Positions 1-6,899 of a stretch of DNA of 36,734 nucleotides are shown here, piece by piece. The notes below the pieces were generated by a model, which searched no databases, was not told the DNA's origin, and saw nothing but the letters and a program-made list of their open reading frames with translations. A program made the position numbers and the translations under genes. The stretch is from NCBI GenBank assembly GCA_001001795.1, contig LCLB01000007.1:1-36734 (forward strand), in the 5' to 3' direction. Positions within the stretch are counted from its first letter, which is position 1; every line of letters begins with the position of its first letter. The stretch comes from Parcubacteria group bacterium GW2011_GWF1_45_5 (GTDB lineage Bacteria; Patescibacteriota; Minisyncoccia; UBA6257; Brennerbacteraceae).

Positions 1-87
1 ATATTAAAGCAAAATAATCCTGAAGGTTTCGACTAATACTGTAATCATCTGATAATCCGTTCTATAATTCATTATTAACCTTTTATT

Positions 88-1572
88 ATGAATTCAGTCA
101 TTCTTCTTATTATCGACGGGTTGGGGGTGGGCAAACGTACTCAGGCAAATCCGTTTTTACAGGTTTCGACTCCGACCTTCGATTGGTTGAAATCCAATTT
201 TTCGTACCGGGCGCTTCAGGCATCCGGTATCGCGGTAGGACTTCCTTGGGGCGACCCGGGGTCATCCGAGGTGGGGCACCTGACTATCGGCGCCGGCTGC
301 GCGGTGTACCAAAATTATCCCCGGATTACGATGGCGATTCGCGACGGATCGTTTTTCGATAACCCTGCCTTGATGCAGGCGTGTTCGTACGCGAAAACCA
401 AGGCGAGCCGTCTGCATCTTATAGGGTTATTTTCCCAATCAAGGACTCACGCATCTTTGGATCATTTTGAGGCTCTTTTGAAACTAGCAAAACAAACAGG
501 AGTCGTCACCGTGCTCGTGCACGCGATTACCGACGGCAAAGAAAGTATGCCCCAGCAGGCAAAGATTCTTTTAGAAGATGCCCAACGTATCATGAGCCGG
601 GTCGGAGTCGGAGAGTTCGCGAGCATCGCGGGCAGGTATTATGCCATGGATGGCAATGAATATTGGGATCGCACCGAACGTTACTTAAATATGCTTCTCC
701 AAGGAGAAAGAACGTGCGAGACCTACGGGGCTGCTTTGGATAAGGCCTATAGTCGTAAGCTCACCGATGAATTCATTGATCCTTCTCTTATCGCGATATC
801 GGGCCAAACAGACGGTTTACGTCAGGTTGCGTTGGGTTTATCGCCGGATCCGTCCAGCGCTCTTCCTATAGCTATCACGATGCCTCCCAATGTCCGGATG
901 GTAACCATGATTCAGTATGATTCAGGGGTTGCGGCGCCGGTTGCCTTTACCCCGCCAGTTATCAATAATACCCTTTCGGAAATCTTGAGCAAAAACAACA
1001 AACGTCAGTTGAAACTTGCAGAATCTCTCAAGGGCCAGCTTGTAACCTATTATTTCAACGGGTTGCGTCAAGAGGCTTTCAAGAACGAGTATCAGATTAT
1101 CATCCCTTCGGATAAATTATTCGATTTTGCCAAAGAGTATCAGTTGAAAACCGAAACATTGCTCGACAGGTTTTTCAGCGCGCTTGACGAGCGGATTTAT
1201 GATTTTATTTGCCTGAATATCGCGAATCTTGACGTCGCCGGTCATCAGCCGAATATGGCCTTAGCTCAGCAATCAATCCAGTATGTGGACGGGGTGCTCA
1301 ATAGAATCTGCCGGCAGACTTTGGCCGCGGGGGCATCACTGATCATCACCTCCGATCACGGCAATATCGAACAGATGTTCGATCCGGTTACGGGTCAATC
1401 AAATACCCGCCATACCGACAGTCCTGTGCCGTTATGGATTGTCGATAAAAACGAATACCGTGCCCGTACCAGCCAGGAGATAGATCAGGCCGAAAAAGAG
1501 GTGAGCGGCAGTCTGGCGGATGTCAAAAGCATGATCCTCGATAAAATGGGGATAGATCAGGAAAAACGTTAA
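88..1572 (+). CDS. gpmI: 2,3-bisphosphoglycerate-independent phosphoglycerate mutase-like protein (alkaline-phosphatase superfamily)
   Basis: 494-aa ORF. It carries iPGM motifs LLIIDGLGVG, GSSEVGHLTIGAG, RYYAMD, NIANLDVAGH, ITSDHGN and RHTDSPVP. The central transferase-domain segment is divergent. Confidence 0.75.
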   Translation: MNSVILLIIDGLGVGKRTQANPFLQVSTPTFDWLKSNFSYRALQASGIAVGLPWGDPGSSEVGHLTIGAGCAVYQNYPRITMAIRDGSFFDNPALMQACSYAKTKASRLHLIGLFSQSRTHASLDHFEALLKLAKQTGVVTVLVHAITDGKESMPQQAKILLEDAQRIMSRVGVGEFASIAGRYYAMDGNEYWDRTERYLNMLLQGERTCETYGAALDKAYSRKLTDEFIDPSLIAISGQTDGLRQVALGLSPDPSSALPIAITMPPNVRMVTMIQYDSGVAAPVAFTPPVINNTLSEILSKNNKRQLKLAESLKGQLVTYYFNGLRQEAFKNEYQIIIPSDKLFDFAKEYQLKTETLLDRFFSALDERIYDFICLNIANLDVAGHQPNMALAQQSIQYVDGVLNRICRQTLAAGASLIITSDHGNIEQMFDPVTGQSNTRHTDSPVPLWIVDKNEYRARTSQEIDQAEKEVSGSLADVKSMILDKMGIDQEKR

Positions 1573-1588
1573 AGAATCGGCAAGTTAC

Positions 1589-1617
1589 TTGACAGTCCCG
1601 CTGGACGTTTTTATACT
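1589..1617 (+). promoter_or_regulatory. sigma70-type promoter TTGACA-17 nt-TATACT
   Basis: TTGACA at 1589-1594, an exact 17-nt spacer, TATACT at 1612-1617. It lies in the intergenic region upstream of the 1703 operon. Confidence 0.45.
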
Positions 1618-1662
1618 AAGATATACATGGTTCTTCCGTTGTTTGTAATATGTCAATAATTG

Positions 1663-1671
1663 TGGTATAAT
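1663..1671 (+). promoter_or_regulatory. extended -10 box TGGTATAAT
   Basis: TGnTATAAT 32 nt upstream of the ATG at 1703. The same box type recurs before many genes in this window. Confidence 0.4.
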
Positions 1672-1702
1672 TAATTATCTTTAAAAAATAATATACAAAA
1701 TT

Positions 1703-2179
1703 ATGGCATTTAATCCCGGAGATTACCTCAAACATTTAATTCATAAAGACGAGCCTGGAGTTCCTGGGCCTTCAGATAAAGTTGCGTTCAATAAAGAACA
1801 GGAACATATCTTTGGGTCATTCGCGGAATATATAAGGGATATTTTGAATGTTTGTGACAGTATCAAACAACGATATGAGAATGACGCTGATTCCGCGCGT
1901 CGACTCATAGCTGTATCAGCGGAAACCTTAAGAACCAGTCTGCTTCACCCGGGAGGTATGGGTCAATTTGTTCAAGAAATGCGCCTTAGTTTTTTGCAAG
2001 TATTGGCAGGGGAACTGGTAAATCGCGGGAGGAAGGTGGAGCTGAAAGACACGGGCATCGGAATATTCGGATTAAATTTTGGTGTGTATCGTGACCAAAA
2101 TGAATACAAGGAATTGGTTATTAGCGAATCAGGGAAAGTGGACGTGCGCTGGGCCTTCGAAAAAGAAGGCGTACACTAA
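1703..2179 (+). CDS. hypothetical protein (158 aa, soluble, no recognised domain)
   Basis: Long ORF with an ATG start. It is the first gene of a tightly spaced co-directional cluster. No TM segment or known motif was seen. Confidence 0.6.
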   Translation: MAFNPGDYLKHLIHKDEPGVPGPSDKVAFNKEQEHIFGSFAEYIRDILNVCDSIKQRYENDADSARRLIAVSAETLRTSLLHPGGMGQFVQEMRLSFLQVLAGELVNRGRKVELKDTGIGIFGLNFGVYRDQNEYKELVISESGKVDVRWAFEKEGVH

Positions 2180-2212
2180 ACTGTTATATGAAATTAAAAT
2201 AATTTTACGAAT

Positions 2213-3415
2213 ATGAGCTTTAAAGATAGATTTGTGCAGAGTTTACGTAAAGACGAGCAAGAGTATAGAAAAGAGCTCGAGCAGAAACCGAGCTTTGATA
2301 TTTTATTTTCAGACGAGAAGTGGGGTCCGGTGTTGACCGAGTTGGCGGGAATGCCCGAATACCAAGGTGCTCGGGATTTTTTCGAACACCGATTATCGGG
2401 ATCAGTGGTAACCCCCGAAGATCGCGCGAACGCGCAGCCATTAATAGAGAAAATGTGGGAAATTATGGAGCAAGCCCGGGAATTGTCCGCGGCATTACGC
2501 GACAAACCGTTTTTGGTGGAAGCGTTTCGTAATGCGGATGGCGATCTTGCGGATGCTATTCGAGCCCATGTTGACGTAACAAAATTAGCAACGTTATTTG
2601 CGGATGAGGCTAACTTAGCCTTTCTGATTATCAGGAATCCGGATCTCACGGAAAGAATGAAAAATCTTGTCAGTATCTATCATGAGACTATGGGGAGCGT
2701 TGAGGGTAATGATAAAAAGCTTGCCGATTTTTGTGAGAAACACGGGTTGCCGCTTCGGGAAATTGAGGCGTGTTTTGATATCGAAGATCCCATGGAGCGT
2801 AGGAAAAAGTTGGGAGAGATTGTCGCGGCAGTGTTTGAAGAGGACGGTTGGTTTATTGGGGGTTATAAGAAATTGACCCTTAAGAAATCATACGTTAAAG
2901 ATGTGGAAAAATTGTTTATCGATATTTCTGCGTTATATGACGAGCTGCACATTTATGCGGGCGTAATTGGAGATAATCTATTCGGCGCCATGGAAGGCGA
3001 TGATGCATTCAGAAAAACGCTTGATGCGGGGATTTTTGGGCGTAAAAACAGTTTTGAAATAGGAAACGTGATGTCTATCGATGAAGCAGCCGACTTATGT
3101 TCCGATGAGAATCTGGATAAGGTTTTAGAAAAGGAAGCAGTGAATAAGTATTGGAGAGAATGGATTACCAAAGAAGCGAAGATCGGCAGCAGGAAAGGTG
3201 TCGCCGAGGGAGAAATAAAGAAAAAAATACGTGCCTGGTGGACAGGATTAAGTGCTACGCAGCAAAGTACGTTACGCAGGCAAGCCATGGCGGATTTCAC
3301 AGTTGAGAAATTCGGTAAGAAAACGGAAGGGGTAGCAGCAGAATCAGTGTTCTTCATTGTGAACACGCGCCTGGAGGACATGTTCGGGGCGTACTACGCA
3401 TCCCTGAATTATTAA
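2213..3415 (+). CDS. hypothetical protein (400 aa, charged/helical, no recognised domain)
   Basis: 400-aa ORF starting 33 nt after the previous stop. Composition is typical coding (E/K/D/L-rich). The antisense ORFs inside it are shorter and low-complexity. Confidence 0.7.
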   Translation: MSFKDRFVQSLRKDEQEYRKELEQKPSFDILFSDEKWGPVLTELAGMPEYQGARDFFEHRLSGSVVTPEDRANAQPLIEKMWEIMEQARELSAALRDKPFLVEAFRNADGDLADAIRAHVDVTKLATLFADEANLAFLIIRNPDLTERMKNLVSIYHETMGSVEGNDKKLADFCEKHGLPLREIEACFDIEDPMERRKKLGEIVAAVFEEDGWFIGGYKKLTLKKSYVKDVEKLFIDISALYDELHIYAGVIGDNLFGAMEGDDAFRKTLDAGIFGRKNSFEIGNVMSIDEAADLCSDENLDKVLEKEAVNKYWREWITKEAKIGSRKGVAEGEIKKKIRAWWTGLSATQQSTLRRQAMADFTVEKFGKKTEGVAAESVFFIVNTRLEDMFGAYYASLNY

Positions 3416-3429
3416 AATAAATATATATT

Positions 3430-3684
3430 ATGACCAAAACAGAATTAGCAGAAGAACTTCGTCAATTGATACTTAAAAAAGACGAAAAAAAGATGGCATC
3501 ATTCTTAGCTGAGCATTTTGACGATTTGCCGGAAGATATGCAAATGCGCATCGCCGCTGCCTTGGTTACTGATGGGACAAAGAATATTTCCATTGAGCAA
3601 TATCGTAAGCAAAAGCAGGTCGAAAGCGTTTTGACCGATATGCGCGATGTTATCGGTGACCATTTAAAAAACGTCGAGGCGTAG
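3430..3684 (+). CDS. hypothetical small protein (84 aa)
   Basis: ATG 14 nt after the previous stop, preceded by the 14-mer TAAAATAAATATAT that recurs at 3699. Confidence 0.55.
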   Translation: MTKTELAEELRQLILKKDEKKMASFLAEHFDDLPEDMQMRIAAALVTDGTKNISIEQYRKQKQVESVLTDMRDVIGDHLKNVEA

Positions 3685-3794
3685 GAATTAAAAAACAGTA
3701 AAATAAATATATGATGGATTCAAAAGGACTGCGGATCGAATTGGATACACCAGAGGAGTAATATATTCCCGTAGAAATATTAAAAACAGAAGTT

Positions 3795-4130
3795 TTGCCG
3801 CGATACGCCAATCTATTGAGTCAGGCGGAGGAAGAGCTTACGCTTCTTGAGGAAGCACAGGGGGTAAGGGTAACGGACAGATTCAACGAGATTGTTGCCC
3901 GTATTATAGGAACTCCTCTGGAACAGGAATTCAGGTTGGCAGTTGGCAAGGCACTCACCGAGGCAGGATACCAGGCCAAACTTGAGACTGGTTTGTACAC
4001 TAATGGAACAGGCGGGGAGAGAGCCGGGGTGATGAGAGTTCATGAAAATATCCGCGAGATCGGCATGAGCACAGGTAGTTTTTTACTTGCTATAGCGAAA
4101 GTCTTGCCAGATTTCGAGAAAATTCATTAA
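3795..4130 (+). CDS. hypothetical protein (111 aa from TTG; possibly a 139-codon gene starting at ATG 3711 and interrupted by TAA 3759-3761)
   Basis: The open frame has no ATG or GTG start, only TTG at 3795. A 16-codon ATG-initiated ORF (3711-3761) lies in the same frame, separated by a single TAA. Confidence 0.5.
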   Translation: MPRYANLLSQAEEELTLLEEAQGVRVTDRFNEIVARIIGTPLEQEFRLAVGKALTEAGYQAKLETGLYTNGTGGERAGVMRVHENIREIGMSTGSFLLAIAKVLPDFEKIH

Positions 4131-4143
4131 TTTCTAAGGAAAT

Positions 4144-4185
4144 AAGCATACTAAAAGGCCGCTTCTGCGGCCTTTTAGTATGCTT
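4144..4185 (+). terminator. long perfect hairpin (19-bp stem, TTCT loop) after the 1703-4130 operon
   Basis: AAGCATACTAAAAGGCCGC-TTCT-GCGGCCTTTTAGTATGCTT. All 19 pairs were checked by hand. It lies 14 nt after the stop at 4130. Confidence 0.6.
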
Positions 4186-4212
4186 GTGCCAGACGTGGTT
4201 TTATGCTATAAT
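4184..4212 (+). promoter_or_regulatory. promoter TTGTGC-17 nt-(TGc)TATAAT
   Basis: -10 TATAAT at 4207-4212 with TG at 4204-4205; -35-like TTGTGC at 4184-4189. Confidence 0.5.
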
Positions 4213-4283
4213 ACTTTTACCAGTGGGGTTACCTGCTGGAGCAATAATTCAAAACCTATCAATCGTCTATAAGGAGGACGAAA
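4202..4283 (+). repeat. promoter/5'UTR cassette, copy 1 (contains hairpin 4220-4239 and SD AAGGAGG)
   Basis: Aligns base-for-base with 4928-5008, with 3 substitutions and a 1-nt indel. Confidence 0.9.
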
Positions 4284-4871
4284 ATGGAAAATTCTTACCG
4301 CGCTGAAAAGCGCAACCGGGTGATTTTCATCATTCTGGGCGTCATTATCGCCCTGCTGGTCGTATTTTTGGTTCTAGCGAGCTGCAACAACAGCAGTGCC
4401 AGTCCCAGCGACACCAGCAACCCCGAGCCGGCAGCCAGCCCCACCCCGGCCCTGCCTCCCTGCGATTCGACGCTCCCTAAGCGTCAGCAGGTGAACTGTG
4501 CCCCGGCCGGCGGCAGTGGCTCTGATGGATACGGGTACCAACCCATCCCCCAGCCGACCATGCCGTCTTTGACTCTGCCCGGTTTCGGTGATGAGACTAC
4601 CCCCGAGCCGGCCAGGCCAACCTTCTGGTCCAACCCTCTGGGTGGGATCTGGTCGGGCATCAAGTCCATCTTCAGCTGGATCTTAATCGTCGCGGTTGCC
4701 ATGACCGTGCTGCAGATCTGGCACCCTTTGGGCATTCGCCCCTGGACCGGAGTCGGAAAAATGATTGCGGCTTCTAAAGAAAAGAAGGCCGCGAAAAAAT
4801 CCGAAGATAAGCCGGCGAAAAGGGACAAAAAGGGGAAGGATCAGGACGATTATTCTCTGCCTCCCGATTAA
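4284..4871 (+). CDS. hypothetical membrane protein (195 aa; N-terminal TM, Pro/Ser/Thr-rich linker, second TM, Lys-rich tail)
   Basis: ATG 7 nt after AAGGAGG. The ORF is GC-rich. Hydrophobic segments are VIFIILGVIIALLVVFLVLA and IFSWILIVAVAMTVL. Confidence 0.65.
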   Translation: MENSYRAEKRNRVIFIILGVIIALLVVFLVLASCNNSSASPSDTSNPEPAASPTPALPPCDSTLPKRQQVNCAPAGGSGSDGYGYQPIPQPTMPSLTLPGFGDETTPEPARPTFWSNPLGGIWSGIKSIFSWILIVAVAMTVLQIWHPLGIRPWTGVGKMIAASKEKKAAKKSEDKPAKRDKKGKDQDDYSLPPD

Positions 4872-4884
4872 GGGAGGCGCCATT

Positions 4885-4915
4885 GCCGCCGGTTAGGAAA
4901 CTGGCGGCTTTGACT
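4885..4915 (+). terminator. hairpin GCCGCC-12 nt-GGCGGC followed by a T-rich tract
   Basis: 6-bp GC stem at 4885-4890/4903-4908, then TTTGACTTTT. It lies 14 nt after the stop at 4871. Confidence 0.5.
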
Positions 4916-4938
4916 TTTATGTTTAAATATGGTATAAT
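4910..4938 (+). promoter_or_regulatory. promoter TTGACT-17 nt-(TGg)TATAAT
   Basis: TTGACT at 4910-4915, 17-nt spacer, TGGTATAAT at 4930-4938. Confidence 0.55.
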
Positions 4939-5008
4939 ACTTTTATCAGTGGGGTTACCTGCTGAAGCAATAATTCAAAACCTATCAATCGTCTATAAGG
5001 AGGACGAA
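4928..5008 (+). repeat. promoter/5'UTR cassette, copy 2 (hairpin 4946-4965, SD AAGGAGG)
   Basis: Near-identical to 4202-4283. Confidence 0.9.
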
Positions 5009-5623
5009 ATGACTATCAATCTTGGCTCGTTTGCTGTTTCCATCACCCTGGCCTTCCTGATCGTCGCCGCTGCCGCGTTCATACTGACCCGGCCCAAGAT
5101 CGCCGAAGCCATTGCTGGCTTCAAGGTTGGTCTGCCGCTGGCGATTGCCGCGGTGATGATTGTCGCGATCTTCACCGGCACCTTGCCGGCCTGGCTCAAC
5201 AACGAACGCGGCCCAGAGTGGCAGCGCTCGTTTGCCGAAAGCGGTGCGCAGGCGGAAGACATTACGTACGCCTACGATCCCGCTGACGACATGGTCTGGC
5301 CGAATACTAACGCTGCTGAATACGGCAGCTCGGTCGTTGACGCCGCGACAGAACGAAACCATACTACGGTCAGCCGACAGGATGCCGCGCAAGCCGCGGC
5401 CGGGGCGCAAGAGCGCTGCTCTCAAGGCGACGATGCTTCGTGCATCGATGCCATGGGCCCCGCGTATGTGGCAACTCAAGAACTCGGACAAACCAAGGTC
5501 CGCGTGATTGAGTTCCAGATCGGAAGCACCACTGTGGGGTTTGATGTATCATTCCTCGCGTTCGTCGGTGTTTTCATTCTGGTTTTAGCCATTATTCTCA
5601 GTCGTAAGACTAAGGCCGCGTAA
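5009..5623 (+). CDS. hypothetical membrane protein (204 aa; N-terminal TMs, Ala-rich ectodomain, C-terminal TM + basic tail)
   Basis: The ORF-track frame 4883-5623 reads through the promoter/leader repeat. The ATG at 5009 sits at the same distance from AAGGAGG as in copy 1, so I call that start. Confidence 0.65.
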   Translation: MTINLGSFAVSITLAFLIVAAAAFILTRPKIAEAIAGFKVGLPLAIAAVMIVAIFTGTLPAWLNNERGPEWQRSFAESGAQAEDITYAYDPADDMVWPNTNAAEYGSSVVDAATERNHTTVSRQDAAQAAAGAQERCSQGDDASCIDAMGPAYVATQELGQTKVRVIEFQIGSTTVGFDVSFLAFVGVFILVLAIILSRKTKAA

Positions 5624-5637
5624 CATCGCGGTTCGTG

Positions 5638-5670
5638 GGGCCTTGCTGCAAAGCTAGGCCCTTTTCATTT
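5638..5670 (+). terminator. intrinsic terminator (GGGCCT.GCT-GCAA-AGC.AGGCCC + TTTTCATTTT)
   Basis: Stem checked by hand; GNRA-type GCAA loop followed by a T-run. Confidence 0.65.
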
Positions 5671-5672
5671 TG

Positions 5673-5681
5673 TGATATATT
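5673..5681 (+). promoter_or_regulatory. extended -10 TGATATATT immediately upstream of recO
   Basis: The box ends 6 nt before the ATG at 5688, which implies a leaderless or near-leaderless mRNA. Confidence 0.35.
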
Positions 5682-5687
5682 CTATTA

Positions 5688-6437
5688 ATGTCTTTCCTCA
5701 ACGCCTTTATTCTTTCGTTTTCCGACTTCGGCGAGCATGATCGCAGGTTTTCTTTATTAACCAAAGAACACGGAAAAATCAACGCAATCTGCAAGAGCAT
5801 ATTAAGGCCCAATGCCAAGCTTGCCGGGCACTTGGATATTCCAAGCTTGTCCTGGGCCGAGCTGGTATGGTCTGTGCGCGGTTGGCAAATTACCCAGGCA
5901 TTGGAACTGGAATCGTTTTCCTGCGTCCGGAAAAATTCGGAAGCGCTGCGTGCTGTCTTAGCGCTTGCGTCAAGCCTGGACAGGTTGCTGTTTGCCGAAG
6001 ACGATCATGAGTTCAAGGGACGGCTCACAAGTACGGATACCGACAATCAGAGCAAAAATATATACGAACTATGGTATGCATTCCTGAAAACCATGGAACA
6101 GCATGCCGGACGCGCATTGCCGGTCAATTATATCTTTATTCAATGGCAGTGCATGACTAAAATTCTTCATGAACTCGGGTTTTTACCGGATACGTTTGTG
6201 TGCGCGCGCTGCGGGAACAAGTTCCATTCCGCGTTCATTACCTATATTGAAAACCAGCTCTATTGCGATAATTGCAGGAAGGCATTGTCATTGGTGGGGC
6301 AGTTGTTTCCCAAGTCCGTGTTGGATCTTATGCACCAGGGGTTACGGGGTGCATGGTTTCCGGAAAGCAGTTACGCGGTTCCCTATATCCAGTTGGCGCG
6401 TTTATTCGAATATCAGAGTACCGTGTTCGTGATATAA
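5688..6437 (+). CDS. recO: DNA repair protein RecO
   Basis: The N-terminal OB-fold region (FILSFSDFGEHDRRFSLLTKEHGKI) and the C-terminal CxxC...CxxC zinc finger (CARCGNKF...YCDNCRK) are typical of RecO. Confidence 0.8.
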   Translation: MSFLNAFILSFSDFGEHDRRFSLLTKEHGKINAICKSILRPNAKLAGHLDIPSLSWAELVWSVRGWQITQALELESFSCVRKNSEALRAVLALASSLDRLLFAEDDHEFKGRLTSTDTDNQSKNIYELWYAFLKTMEQHAGRALPVNYIFIQWQCMTKILHELGFLPDTFVCARCGNKFHSAFITYIENQLYCDNCRKALSLVGQLFPKSVLDLMHQGLRGAWFPESSYAVPYIQLARLFEYQSTVFVI

Positions 6438-6438
6438 T
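6430..6438 (+). promoter_or_regulatory. extended -10 TGATATAAT inside the recO 3' end
   Basis: TGnTATAAT 25 nt upstream of the ATG at 6464. Confidence 0.35.
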
Positions 6439-6463
6439 GATATATGCCCCGTAGGAAATCGTT

Positions 6464-6766
6464 ATGTTTTACGTGTATGTACTACAGAGCGAGAAGGATG
6501 GTGAGTTCTATTCCGGATTCACCAATAACCTTCATAAACGTCTCTTAAAACATAACACCGGGAAAGTATTTTCTACGAAATCCAGAAGACCATTAAAGTG
6601 TATCTATACCGAGATCTGTCTTGATAAACAAGATGCACTTCAACGCGAAAAGTATCTCAAGACTGGCATGGGCAAACGTTTTATCAAACAAAGACTACAA
6701 CGCTATCTTAATAAAATAACGGAAAATACTCCCGCCTGCCAAAGCCGGCCCAAAATTTCGATATAA
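6464..6766 (+). CDS. GIY-YIG nuclease superfamily protein (stand-alone URI domain)
   Basis: FYVYVLQS...GEFYSGFTNNL.KRL..HN.GK...T....P at the N-terminus is the GIY-YIG signature; 100 aa. Confidence 0.85.
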   Translation: MFYVYVLQSEKDGEFYSGFTNNLHKRLLKHNTGKVFSTKSRRPLKCIYTEICLDKQDALQREKYLKTGMGKRFIKQRLQRYLNKITENTPACQSRPKISI

Positions 6767-6899
6767 GACTATGAAACGTTTAATTTTAACTCTGTATCAG
6801 GTCGAAATAATTTACCGAATTATCTGTCTTAAAATTTTGGTTTGTGCGGCGGGCAGGTAATTTCTTACGGGGTATGCGTTCATTCAGCCGGAAGCCTTT

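Noticed and set aside
2194-3381. Antisense or alternative-frame ORFs inside the 400-aa gene (2194-2649, 2220-2441, 2320-2532, 2667-2876, 2953-3381).
   Set aside because: They are shorter than and fully nested in the 2213-3415 ORF, with Ser/Arg/Phe-rich composition typical of antisense translation and no independent signals.
4883-5008. N-terminal extensions suggested by the ORF track: 4883 for the 5009 gene, 32673 for tktC, 27381 for the glutaredoxin, 23244 for the hydrolase, 33857, 16337, 26702, 10130 and 29293.
   Set aside because: The extensions overlap upstream genes, promoters, terminators or the repeated leader, and they use TTG/GTG starts. Internal ATGs give canonical N-termini (S16 MLVIRLKR, Grx, tkt C-subunit) or signal peptides.
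4202-5008. The two ~82-nt repeats considered as a diversity-generating retroelement template/variable repeat pair.
   Set aside because: The mismatches are not adenine-specific (C/T, G/A, C/G and an indel). The repeats are non-coding promoter/leader sequence, and no reverse transcriptase or Avd gene is in the window.
4484-5491. Long minus-strand ORFs (4484-4828, 4683-4883, 4985-5491, 4993-5262, 5370-5552) and the +2-frame ORF 5160-5507, all overlapping the two GC-rich genes.
   Set aside because: They lie antisense or out of frame to ORFs that have promoter, SD, TM architecture and terminators. High GC suppresses stop codons in all frames. Their products are Arg/Gly/Ala-rich low-complexity sequence with no start-site signals.
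6464-6766. The GIY-YIG gene considered as a mobile homing-endonuclease or intron element.
   Set aside because: It is a stand-alone domain of about 100 aa with no DNA-binding extension. There is no flanking intron-like structure, no interrupted host gene and no terminal repeats, so it fits the common non-mobile UPF0213-type family.
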